Positions 1-16,297 of a stretch of 64,000 nt of DNA are shown here, piece by piece. Each line of letters opens with the position of its first letter. The stretch's first letter is position 1. Origin of the DNA: the human T2T-CHM13v2.0 reference genome, Homo sapiens. Position numbers and translations under genes: made by a program. A model generated the notes under the pieces. That model worked only from the letters and a program-made list of their open reading frames with translations. It did no database searches and was not told the origin of the DNA. Location of the stretch: NCBI RefSeq assembly GCF_009914755.1, contig NC_060935.1. One strand, written 5' to 3'.

Positions 1-624
1 AATGTAAACACGGTATGTAAAAGTAATAGTTAATGAAGTGAAATGAGCAGTAGTAAGCATTAAAAAAGAAATTAAATTTTTAACAATAGTAACTGATTAA
101 TAGAAAGATAAAGTTTGATGGAATTTTGTTAATGATTAAAAAATAAAAAAAAGGAAAGCACTCAACGCATTGGGATGGTGTTTTGCAGAGGTATTTGTTT
201 CAATTGTTTTGTTTCCATCACTTTGCTGGTATATTACACAAAAATTAGCAGAAAAATACAAGGGATGGGAGGTTTAATTTTTCTAAGAGAAGCAGATGAA
301 CAAGATGGATAAACAAGCCAATATCTGTATTCTTCACACTTTTTCTATTACTATTCCCGGGTGACTGTGTCTAGGCCTTCTTCCTCCCCCTGCTGTCTGA
401 ATAACTCCTATTCATTCTTCAGCACCCAGATAAAATTCCTCTCAATCTGGGAAGCCCTACCTGGCCTCCCAGACTTCCACCACAACACATCCATTTCCTT
501 TGTACAGTTTACAAAATGTCATAGTACAATCTAATTATTCTGCTCAATCATTCTCTCTTAATGCAGTGAGAGAAGGGAACAGAAATATGGAATTGTTCAA
601 ATATGTAAATACTGATTTAGACGC

Positions 625-742
625 TTTGATTGAATAACTCCATTAAGTTTTCATAACAGCCTTGTTGTATATACACTTTTATCTCCATTCTACAGATGGG
701 AAAACAGGCTCAACAAAGGCAATTTGCTCATATTAGTGGGAA
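625..742 (-). mobile_element. MIR fragment (approximate bounds)
   Basis: atctccattctacagatgggaaaacaggctc matches the reverse MIR core (cccattttacagatgaggaaactgaggctc). Confidence 0.65.
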
Positions 743-756
743 CTGATTACGTATGC

Positions 757-1138
<382 letters not shown>

Positions 1139-1224
1139 TAATGATGAGCCACATTCAGAATGAGAGTCCAAGGTGAGTCTCCTGCTCTCAAAGCCCTAGG
1201 TTGCTCTGTAACGCTTTACAACCT

Positions 1225-1472
1225 GTGGGTTAAGAGTGTCACTACTAGAGCCATCCTGCCTGGGTGCAAATCCCAGCTCTAATCCTACCTACCTATATGA
1301 TCTTGAGCACATTACAAAACCTGAGACTCAGTTTCCTCATCTGTAAAATGGAGATGATAATGATAGCATTCATCTCATAGAAATATTATGAAGATGAGAA
1401 GAGATAATATATGTGATGAGTTTAAGCTGTTCTTAGCACTTAGAAGACTTAAAACTGTGAGCTGTTATTATT
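1225..1472 (+). mobile_element. MIR, near full length
   Basis: ggttaagag...ctgcctgggtgcaaatcccagctct...ctcagtttcctcatctgtaaaatggagatgataat, following the MIR consensus. Confidence 0.85.
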
Positions 1473-2009
1473 TGGTCCTTTCAAATAAAAAAGAAAGTTA
1501 CATGTTAAATAATAAGCATCACCTTATAGAACACAGACAAACTGGGGCCTGATCGGAGTAGGGTGAGCAGAAAAGAGGAAGACTTGCCATGCTGTTGAAA
1601 GGGTCCCTACATACATCATTTACCTTGGAGAAGAAAATACTCAGGAGCGACAGGACAGCTACTGTTACATGGCAATTATTCTCTAAAAGGCTGAGCTCTC
1701 CAGCTTGCTGAGTTCTCATCAGCATCACCTGTTTATCCTCATAGCAAATGCCACTAGGAGGGAGAGACTCCATTCACATTTTTAATTTAGATTGTTCATT
1801 TTACACCCAAGGCGGGGAAAAAGATCAGAAACTGATAGGACTTGACCATGATTACAAAGAGTACAAGAGATGGGATTCAAACCCAGCTTTATCTTGTGCC
1901 AAAATGTGTGTCCACAGCCACACGCTGTGCTGCCTCAACAGGTCCACTTCTTCTTTATGACAGTTTGTCAGCTGCTACATTATCCTGACTATGACTAATA
2001 CCCTCCAAC

Positions 2010-2128
2010 AGCTAAAGGCAGGGGAAGAGAAAGTCAGTTTATTCTGTGCTGTTCCAGAGGGCAGAATGAACATAGTATATAAGGAATAAACTTTGGTTCA
2101 ACATCAGAAAAGATCTTTCGTTATAATG
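2010..2128 (+). mobile_element. L3/CR1 3' fragment
   Basis: ttctgtgctgttccagagggcagaa...tttggttcaacatcagaaaagatctttc resembles the L3 3' end; the continuation appears at ~8500-8680. Confidence 0.55.
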
Positions 2129-3152
2129 AAGCACCTATGGGCCCAGGACCCTGGGTTTCAAGCACAAAACTGGGCAACTGTATGGGCAGACACTGAGCGG
2201 CAGGGGTTTTTTTTTTTTTTTTTTTTTCATACTCCAGCGGTGCCTGGAACTCCAATGAGACAGGAGAACCATCCACTCCCCTGGAAAAGGGGCTGAAACC
2301 AGGGGGCCAAGCAGTCTCACTCAGCAGGTCCCACTCCCATGGAGCCCAGCAAGCTAAGAACCACTGGCTTAAATTCTCACTGCCAGCACAGCAGTCTGGA
2401 GTTGATCTGGGATGACTGAGCTTGGGGTGACTGCCATTACTGTGGCTTTAGTAGTGCTAAAAGTGTTAAGGAGTGCTAAGGAGACCGGCAGGTTCGGACT
2501 TTGCAGTACAGCAAAGCGGCTGTGGCTAGATGGCTTCTTTAGATTCCTCCACTGGGCAGAGTATCTCTGCAGGAAATCCAGCAGCTCCAATCAGGGGCTT
2601 ACAGACAAAACTCTCACCTCCCTGGGACAGAGCACCTGGCTCAGGGGAGGGGCACCTGGGGTCCCAGCTTCAGCAGACTTAATCTTTCCTGCCTGCTGGC
2701 TCTGAAGAGAGCGGCTGATTCTGACAAGGGGAATTCTCCCAGCACACCACACCAGCTCTGCTAAGGGATAGATTGCCTCCTTAAGTGGGTCTCTGACCCC
2801 CATGCCTCCTGACTGGGAGAGATCTCCCAACAGGGGTTGACAGACTCCTCATACAGGAGAGCTCTGGCTGGCATTAGGCGAGTGACCCTCCGGGACGAAG
2901 CTTCCACAGGAAGGAGCAGGCAGCAATCTTTGCTATTCTGCAGCCTCCACTGGTGATACCCAGGCAAACAGGGTCTGGAGTGGATCTCCAGCAAACTATA
3001 GCAGACCATCAGAAGAGGGGCCTGATTATTAGAGGAAAAACTAACAAACAGAAAGCAACAACAACAACAACAAAAAGGCACCCCACCCCCCAACAAAAAC
3101 CCAATCCAAAGGTCATCAGCCTCAAAGATCAAAGGCAGATAAATCCATGAAG

Positions 3153-4169
3153 ATGAGCAAAAAACAGCACAAAAATGCTGAAAATTTCAAAAGCCAGAAT
3201 GCCTCTTCTCCAAATGATAGCCACACTTCTCCAGCAAGGGCACAAACCTGGACGGAGAATAAGAGGGATGAATTGACAGAAGTAGGCTTCAGAAGGTGAG
3301 TAATAAACTCCTCTGAGCTAAAGGAGCATGTTCTAACCCAATGCAAAGAAGCTAAGAGTCTGGATAAAATGTTACAGGAACTGCTAACTAGAATGACCAA
3401 TTGAGAGAGGAACATAAATTACCTGATGGAGCTGAAAGACACAACCAGGAGACTTTGTGCAGCATATACAAATCCCAATAGCCACATCGATCAAGCAGAG
3501 GTAAGGCTATCAGAGTTTGAAGACCACCTTGCTGAAATAAGGCATGCAGATAAGATTAGAGAGAAAAGAATGAAAAGGAATGAACAAAGCCTCCAAGAAA
3601 TATGGGACTATGTGAAAAGACCAAACCTACGATTGATTGGAGTACCTGAAAGAAACAGAGAGAATGGAATCAAGTTGGAAAACACACTTCAGGATATTAT
3701 CCAGGAGAACATCCCCAACCTAGCAAAACAGGCCAACATTCAAATTCAGGAAATACAGAGAACACCACTAAGATACTTCACGAGAAAATCAACCCCAAGA
3801 CACATAATCATCAGATTTCCCAAACTTGAAATGAAGGAAAAAATCTTAAGGGCAGCCAGAGAGAAAGGTCAGGACACCTACAAACAGAAGCCCATCAGAC
3901 TAACAGATCTCTCAGCAGGGACCCTACAAGCCAGAAAAGAGTGGGGGCCAATATTCAACATTCTTAAAGAAAATAATTTTCAACCCAGAATTTCATATCC
4001 AGCCAAACGAAGCTTCATAAGCAAAGGATAAATAAAATCCTTTACAGACAAGCAAATGCTAAGGGATTTTGTCACCACCAGGCCTGCATTGCAAGAGTTC
4101 TTAAAGGAAGCACTAAATATGGAAAGGAAAAACTAGTACCAGCCACTGCAAAAACACACCAAAATATAA
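3153..4169 (+). pseudogene. L1 ORF1p, disabled
   Basis: ATG 3153 to TAA 4167-4169 in a single frame; ORF1 motifs EIWDYVKRPNLRLIGVPE and RISYPAK; in-frame stops at 3297, 3402, 4029 and 4134. ORF 3426..4031 is the longest open piece. Confidence 0.93.
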
Positions 4170-4232
4170 ACACCAATGACACTGTGAAGAAACTGCATCA
4201 ACCAGTGTGCAAAATAACCAGCTAGCATCATA

Positions 4233-8062
<3,830 letters not shown>

Positions 8063-8299
8063 ACAATGAGAACACATGGACACAGGGAGGGGAACAACAC
8101 ACACCAGGGCCTGTTGGGAGGTGGAGGGAAAGGTTGGGAGAGCATTAGGACAAATACCTAACGCATGCAGGCCTTAAAAACTAGATGATGGGTTGATAGA
8201 TGCAGCAAACCACCATGGCACATGTATACCTATGTAACAAACCTGCACATTCTGCACATGTATCCCAGAACTTTAAGTAAAGAAAGAAAAAAAAAAGAG

Positions 8300-8490
8300 A
8301 GAGCAACAGTAAATTTTAACTCTACTTCTTACCAGCTGGAGAAACATATATATCAAAATTCTTTAATCCTCAGTTTTCTCATCTGTAACGTTAATATTAG
8401 AATCTTTACTACACTTAGTTGTTTGGAGAATAAGATTTTATACAGTAATTGCTGATAGTTGGTGACCCATGCATTTGCTTCTTTTATTTA
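8300..8490 (+). mobile_element. MIR fragment
   Basis: cctcagttttctcatctgtaac MIR core. Confidence 0.6.
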
Positions 8491-8499
8491 CCCATTTTT

Positions 8500-9070
8500 T
8501 TAAGCAATTGGGGCTATTCAATAACGCAGTGGGAGGTACTGATAACCATTTCCCATTCCACATTACTGGAGGTACATGGGCAGAGGGTGGATGGCTCAAC
8601 AACAGGCACTGTAGTGCCAACTCAAACCTCGTTGATGGATGAAATTCAGGGCCCTCCAACACTACAATTCTATGAAATTAGAATAATTAGGAATAATAGA
8701 TTCTAATATGATGAATGATAAAACCAGGATTCAAGGTGGCCTCAACAGTTTTACTGAGGTGTTAAAACATGATAAACGAAAGAAATATAAAGTTTTGCCT
8801 TTGAATTAGAAATAAACAATAGCTATAATAATAACACAATCTCGCTTATACAGAATGGAGGGAATATGGTTTGGTCATCGTGCATTGTAGAAAACATGTT
8901 AGAAGGTTTTGTCCATCACCTGCTTAGTATGTGACTTGATTTCTAAAACAAATAGACAAACAACAACAAAATGACCTTGACTAATCTAGGCTGCATTGCA
9001 CTTTTAGAGACTTAGTACCTAGGCCAGGGAACTTATTGTCCCATTATAATAACACATATATCTTTACTGG
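8500..9070 (+). mobile_element. L3/CR1 fragments
   Basis: CR1-like 3' terminus (ggccctccaacactacaattctatgaa), then a CR1 RT-region fragment (aatctaggctgcatt...ttattgtcccatt). Confidence 0.55.
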
Positions 9071-9519
9071 GATTTTCTTCTAAAGTCAACACATAGGTGA
9101 AAATTTCACATAGTCAAAAGTAACTTAAAAATCCTTCTATCAAACACAAGGAACAGTATACATGATTTGAGGTATGCAACTGTGTTTCCTAACTCTTAGG
9201 TACAACAGAATTTGAGCACTACAGGGCTAAATTACACCCCAAATAAAAGTCTAACCATTTTACCTTAAAAAAAAAATAACAAATCCCTGATGGAAAATGA
9301 GAAACGGATACAGGAATTCAAGAGTATTTTTGTTTGCCTTCAGGGTTTACTTGATTTTTAAAAAATCTTTAATCCTTTATAATTTAAACATAGGTTTTAG
9401 TACAGATTATGTGAAATAATATATATTGATCTTAACTAAGCTTTTAATTTTAAAAGGAAAATTGACAAATTAAATATTGGTGACCAGGATTATGATGGAT
9501 TGGAGATCACGCCATAAAG

Positions 9520-9672
9520 CAGGATTCCACCAACTGTATCTATGGCCTCTGGGCCACATGTGATCCGCAGCCTGTTTTTGTACAACTACCAGTGAAAGTG
9601 GTTTACATAGTATTACAGGCTGTAGAAGTCTTTTGGAAAGAAGAAGAACGTGTGGTCTGCAAAGCCTAAACT
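9520..9672 (+). mobile_element. MER58-like hAT-Charlie fragment
   Basis: tatggcctctgggccacatgtgatccgcagcctgtttttgta and gtgtggtctgcaaagcctaaa match MER58 terminal blocks. Confidence 0.65.
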
Positions 9673-9789
9673 AGGACTGTACCTGCAGAGGAGACAGCTT
9701 CTCTCTCCCATGTCTGGTTTATGTCCCCACTCTTTGACATGCCTTATAATCATACTTCTCCAGTATGTCCAGTGTCACCCTTTGCTCTT

Positions 9790-10130
9790 GAAAGACCAAA
9801 TGGTCTGAAGTTCTTCACCCAGGTTGTGCTGTTTCACTCCTCTCAGTCTTGGCGGGTGCTATTGCCCAGTAAAATTCATCAGCCTTTGACATTTCAGCTT
9901 TCCCCAAAACTCCTCACTGAACCCTCCTCCTCCTTTGTGCTCAATAGTGCACATTCTAACATTCTTCATTTTTAACAGACTGGACCTAACTGAATGCATC
10001 TGCTTCTTTATGGAATCCGTAGTTGAGATGTAGACTCCTTTAAAACAGCCATAAGTTACTCATTTGTCTCTTTAGCACCTAACTCTGTACCTGGTACTGG
10101 TAGGCTCTTAGTAAATGTTTTCTAGAGTAA
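9790..10130 (+). mobile_element. L2 3' fragment
   Basis: Ends ctgtacctggtactggtaggctcttagtaaatgttt, like the L2 3' end. Confidence 0.55.
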
Positions 10131-10302
10131 ATATATTTAACTGTTAGCAGAGCTGCTGGTGCAGGAGGGAGTAAGCTGCTTTGGGAAGATTTTAGATAGC
10201 AAAACTGAGAAAAAAGAAGGGAAGTTACAGTTAGGAAGAAAGTGACTTGTCCAAACTGTCACAGAGAGCCAGGAATAGATAAAATAATAGATTTCAGCAT
10301 TA

Positions 10303-10464
<162 letters not shown>

Positions 10465-11092
10465 AAGAAAATCAGAGTTTGAATGCTGTCAACATGTCTT
10501 AATTTCACTCTAATAATTTAAATGAAAGAATTCACCTTTAAAGCTAGTGTTTACATCTCTATCCTGGAGATATTAATACCTGCTTCACAGGGTCATCAGG
10601 AAGGTTAAGACCATGTGTGCTAGAAAGGTCAACATAATGTCTTGCACACGGTAGGCGATCCATATCCTTTTGCCCCTCCCTAATTTCTCATGCCCCTCCA
10701 GCTCCTCTCCAATGCCACATCTCTTCTTACTGCACCTGAAAAAAGCAAGTGAATTACAACTAAACTGCTCTAAACATTTCATCAGTTTCCCCCTCACTTA
10801 ATATACCACCCCTAGAAGATAAATGCTAGAGTTCTGCCAACAAAGGCAGGCTATGCATCCAGAGAAGACAGTTCATAGTAATTTTGTCAGCAAAATTGTA
10901 ACAATAAAGGCCCAAACAACACTTCATCTCTCTGTCAGTTGTCTTGAAAGGGCAGATTACTTTTTCCTCAATCTTGGCACATCCAATTAAGGTAGACTTA
11001 CAAGCCAGGCAGGTGTAAAGTGCAAGCCAGCACTTGTTCACATTAGCAATTATCAATGGAAAACTACATGAATGCAAAGTCTTGGCACTGCT

Positions 11093-11106
11093 GTTGCCCT
11101 GGCAAC
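11093..11106. promoter_or_regulatory. Palindromic RFX X-box motif GTTGCCCTGGCAAC
   Basis: Exact match to GTNRCC-N0-3-RGYAAC, in sequence with no recognisable repeat; binding is inferred. Confidence 0.55.
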
Positions 11107-11934
11107 CATTAGCCTGTGAAAGCAAGGCAGACACTAACATGACAGCTTGACATCGTTGCCCAGTAAAAAGATGGCTTCTCTTTCTCCATTTTCCCCGGTT
11201 ATTTTTGTGTTTGTCATTGTAACCCCCAAAAGACAACAATTCTTCTTACCTACTTTACACTTGGGAAGTTATCCAAGTCTAAAATTGATAATTACATGTC
11301 TTCGATGAATAGGTATTGAACACCTACTATGTGCCAGACACTGTGCAAGGTATGTAATTTTCAATCTAGAAGAGTAACATCATTTTCATGTCCTCTCTTC
11401 CTTCTTTTCTTGCTTCTTTTTTCCTTCTTTCCTTCCTTGCGTCCTTCATCCATTGACTCAACAAGCATTATTAAGGAAATCTTGTATGCAAGGCACTGTA
11501 CGTGACACAGCTAATTCAGAGATAAATAGTCCTTGTCTTTACAAAGTTTTCAGTCACATTGATAAGCCATAAGAACACAAGAACCATAGATAAAAACAAA
11601 TGTGCTCATAAGAAAGGTTAAAAATAACATAAGGATGTTGTGAAGCCAAAATAAGAAAGTGTTTCAGAGATTCAAAAAGGCAGAAATAGAAAAGCAAAAT
11701 AAAAATGTGAGGTATTATATTTATAGCTCACATTGCTAGTTTATTCTTTTATTAATTCATCCATTTATTTCTACATTTGTTTTTGAATAAGGTAGAACAA
11801 CAATTATTCAACAAAGAATAATTTCCACTTGCTTTTGGGTGGAAATTAATCTTTATTGAATTTATTTTACCCTACCTCTTCCAAAAATAAATGTAGAAGT
11901 AAATGGACGAATGGATAAAAGAATGAACTAGCAA

Positions 11935-12030
11935 TGTGAAATCTGTACCACAAACACCTATGACAAAAGTTTATCTATATAAGAAACCCCTGAACTTAAA
12001 ATAAAAATTATTTTTTTAGAAAAATAATAA
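11935..12030 (+). mobile_element. Short L1 3'-end fragment (older L1PA/L1PB type)
   Basis: atctgtaccacaaacacctatgacaaaagtttatctatata...cccctgaacttaaaataaaa. Confidence 0.65.
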
Positions 12031-12959
12031 TTTTGGAAAGAAAGAGAGGATAAAAGTTAAATAAAGGGTGGCTAAGGATAGGCTGGGGAAGAAATTAACA
12101 TTTACTAAACCCAGAAACAAACCAGACAGTATATCTGTTCTCATTTGACTTTCACAAGACTTAGGAAGACAATTTTGTCTGCTTTTTTCTCCTTCTCTAC
12201 CTCCTCCTCATTTCTCTCCCTTTCCTCTTCCTTCACCTCCTTCTTATTATGAATAATTTTACTTTATAGGTTATCAGATTGAAAAAATTTTGTCTCAGTG
12301 AAGCTAAGTCAGTTGGAATCAACAATGCCTATATTCAACCAAATGTCTGACTTCAGAGCCTGTATTTCTATGTCATGAGGGAGAGAGAGAATGCAAATTT
12401 ATAAAACATAGAAAGAAATGTACCAAAAGCAAGGTGCTTGAGAGAAAGACAATAATAATCAGTGGCACTCAGGCATATTTATTTCCTTTGTAAGGTCTTG
12501 ATTCTGGAATATTTTACCTTTAATTTAGCAGAGGCTCTGTCAACCAAAAACCACCAATTGCCTCTTGACACTGTTGTTAGTTCAGTAACAATCCCCCTAG
12601 AAAAAGCTTTCAAAGAGACTCAGCAATGAAAGGAAAAGTAAAATCAGTGAAAAGAAAAGAATTATTTTAAATAGGGTTGCATGGTAGTTAGACACACGGT
12701 ATGCTGAAACTTCTCATGGTGACACTGTGAAGGAAGCAATGCAGGAACGGGCACAGTGCTTGTTTTATAAGAAACTAGGCTCAAGTAGGCTAACTGACTT
12801 GTCTATGCTCACATGTCTCTTACTGGGTTAAAACCACCATGCCCTTCTCTTGTTATGTGTATTGGCAAAGAGGAATTTGCGAATAAACTTTAATTTCAGA
12901 AAATGTGGTTGTGCATCCTTGACAATGAATACTATGGGCTCAGAATTAGTATTCTGGGA

Positions 12960-13098
12960 CCTGGCTGCTCAAAGTGTGATCCAAATACTAGCAGCATCAG
13001 CATCACCTGGGATCTTGTTTGAAATGTAGATTCTCAGAATCTGCATTTTAACAAAATCTCAGGTGATCTGTACATTTATTAAAGTTTGAGAAGCCCTG
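12960..13098 (-). mobile_element. MER5A1 with central deletion
   Basis: Ends ctcaaagtgtg and attaaagtttgagaagccctg; the central segment present in the copy at 39520-39672 is missing. Confidence 0.85.
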
Positions 13099-13118
13099 AG
13101 AAGAAGTGCCGTATATTA

Positions 13119-13120
<2 letters not shown>

Positions 13121-13157
<37 letters not shown>
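13121..13157 (+). repeat. Pure poly(A)37
   Basis: Counted directly. Confidence 0.98.
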
Positions 13158-13159
<2 letters not shown>

Positions 13160-16100
13160 TGAGCTCTGGGGCTACGTCTGCCTGGGGTTTATATTCAATA
13201 CAAATATATGAGCCATGGGCATAGCTTGGACAGTTAGGAAAGAAAAGGAAAGCATTCAGGAAGAAACAGCAGCATGGGTGAAAGTGCAGACGTATGACTG
13301 GGCTGGGCATGTACCAGGGACAGCATGTGTCTTTATGTGGCTGAAATGTAACGACAGGCTAGAGATAGGACTCAGGTGCCAGGATGAGTATTCAATTGTT
13401 ATTCTGCGGTCAATGGGCAACAATTGATCTCCAATATCACAACCAGAACAAAAACAGTAATTCTTTTGTATATTATTTTAGAGTTTCACTGTATCTGGCA
13501 CAAAGGTACTCAATAAATACTTGCTGACTTCCTGAATCAAGATCAAATATTTTCATGCCATCATATCATGGGGTGTTCCTAACAACTCTGAGAAATAAAA
13601 CAATCAAAAATCAACAACAAACATAAATTGTGTTCTACATTTTTATTATTGCCATCTTCCTCCATTTAATAGAAAATGGAAATTCAGATGAGGAAATGAT
13701 TTCCATATAGTGATACTGCTAGTAATTGCTTAATTCAGATCTCAAATTCAAACTTTTTGACTCCAAAACATATGCTCTTTTTCCTCAATAAGGCCTCAAT
13801 TATTTGGCTTCCTGCTTTTGTAAGTTCTCAACTGAGACCTCATACTGGGAACTAAGGAAGCACAGAGAATGAGGTAATTAAAAGATGTCTAGTGTGTCAC
13901 AGTAACCAGTCTTTTCCTTAGCAGAAGTCTACCACGAAGCTCTCAGTGTCACCAATCCTCATTGTCTCCCAAAGGCAGGCTAGTGTCCTCTGCTGTTTGG
14001 AGCCAACAAGCTTCCTTTCCATACTTTGTTCTGCTGTCATGGTGGGCATCATGCCTCCTGATAATTCAAGAACCAGTTTCCTTTCCCCAGTTCTAACTAA
14101 TACTTATTGTATTGCTTTTGCACTCAGAGAGAACGGCATATATTACATTTGCAGAACTTAAAACAATTCAACCTATAGAGGGGAAAAACTATTAAAGCAA
14201 ATAACTTGGCAACCAAAGATTTAATATATTAATATAAGGCCATATGTCATCTTTCCAAGCCTATTTCAGATTACTGATGATTGGAAATTGCCTCCATCAA
14301 GTTTATAAGTAGTGCATGAAAAAAAAAAAAAGAATTCTCAGGATGAGAAACAATTGTTTTAGGAGACCGTCTGGGGTCATGAAAGAGTTAGACTTGGGAA
14401 TCAAACTAAAATAAACCCTGGTTCTGGCATTAATGCCAACCCACTCCCATGAACTGACTGGTTAATGCTTACCAGACACTTAGAATGTGCCAGAGAAAGT
14501 AAGTGCTCTCCATAGGTATTATTTTATTTAATCCTCACAATTACCCTGTTATTATTCCCACTTTGTTCCTGAAGATGTAAAGTCAAGAGGTTTCAGAACT
14601 TGCTCCAGTCACACAGTTGAAAAGAGGTAGACTACTTTTTCCAACCAGTCCTGTGGAACTCTGGAGTAACAACCAGAAGCCACTCACTTGACCATTACAT
14701 TATGTGGTTCCTATGTGACCTCTGACTTCCAAACAGTTTCAAGACCTCTCAAACACATGGTTACCCCAATTTTAAAAAACCAAAATGATAATAAATATAT
14801 GCAAAGATCAATAGCTAATGCATATAAAATTGCCAGAGGAATGCAAGGCACACAGTAAATACCCAATAAATACCAATATTCATGTCTTTCTTCTTGCCTT
14901 AGAAATCCTAGGAGGAAAAAGAAATACATGTCATCTAAATATTATCTTTGTAAGACTTGAAATGGTTTTGATTACAAATAACATCATTTTTACTGCAGCT
15001 AATCAATCACATCTTGAGTTCCCATACCAGCTTTGTAGGCAGCTCTGATGGGACCGTGGGATCTGTTTCAGAACACAGAAGCTTTCTCTTTTCTTTTTTT
15101 TTTTTTTTCCCAGAGTTGGAGTCAATAGTGGTTAGTACTTGAAAGTCTCTGTGGTGCCACATGCCTGCTAAGTGACACCAAATATACTAGCGACAGGCTT
15201 GGCAAAGCAACTTTGATTTGGAGTGCCTCTGATGTTTATTCTTGGCTCTGGATTTGGATAATCTGTGGCAAAGGTTTCTGTTTCCTCATGACCCTTTTCC
15301 CTTCAATTTACTTCACTTTGGGAGGGAGATGTAACACAAATGAACCTCTGCCAGAGGTTTTTTGATTTTCAGCAGTAAAATGGAAAGAACACCACCTATT
15401 TTTCAGCTTTGCTGTGAGAAGCTAATGAGATAAATGCCATCACAGGCTTAATTCATTGTAGGTGGTAACTAGTCCTTAGTTTCTGTTTTCAAAGGTTTTG
15501 AGTCATAAGAGGGCTGCAAGCCAGCTTTTTCTTTGCCTTTGGAAAAGTTCAGCAAATGATCATTTCAAATAAAATATTATGTAAATTATTTTCTTGAGAA
15601 TGCATTTTCTTCCATGTAAATGAAGAGGTCCAAAGACAGTTTTTCTATTTGAATATAAGTGCTTATAGATGAATTGACGGCAAACTCATTTTCAGAAAGT
15701 TCATGAAAGATTCTTATAAGGGCCAGAGTCCGTAAATAGAATTCAATGGGAAGGAGAGAGTCAAGCAGTGAGAGGCATTAAGTCCAGAGAAGACATATCA
15801 GGGATTTGTTTGCTATCATTAAATAAATGGGCAGGTATTCTTAGGAGAAGCCAAATTTGGAACGCAGTTCTCTAAAGTAGGTACATGTAGAGAGAAATGG
15901 AACAACAAAACCTGACAGGGTCCCAGGGAATGAGACAAGATGAAAAGATGCTCTGAGTAATATGATCATATCCTAACCTAACAGGAAAGATCAAAGACCA
16001 TGTACTCCTGAAATTCAGCTGTGACCTACTAGGAAATAGCACATTTTAAGATGTTTGGCTAAACCCCAGCTATGGTATTTCAGAACTATATGATCTCTTC

Positions 16101-16297
16101 ATCACCATGGAACTCAGTTTATTTTTCATTTATTAAATGGGGATAATACCTAATATGACATTTTATTTGGCACTTATGGTGAATTTTCAAGAATTTTTCA
16201 GGTATGATTTTAATGACTTCTCTATAACAAATTTTTTAGACAGCTGTTTCTATGTCAATATTTTATATGAGGAAACAAGCTTAGACACTTAATCAAG

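Noticed and set aside
14090-14230. Branch-point/acceptor-like ctaac...ttttgcactcag on the + strand
   Set aside because: The downstream frames I translated stop quickly and I found no convincing donor.
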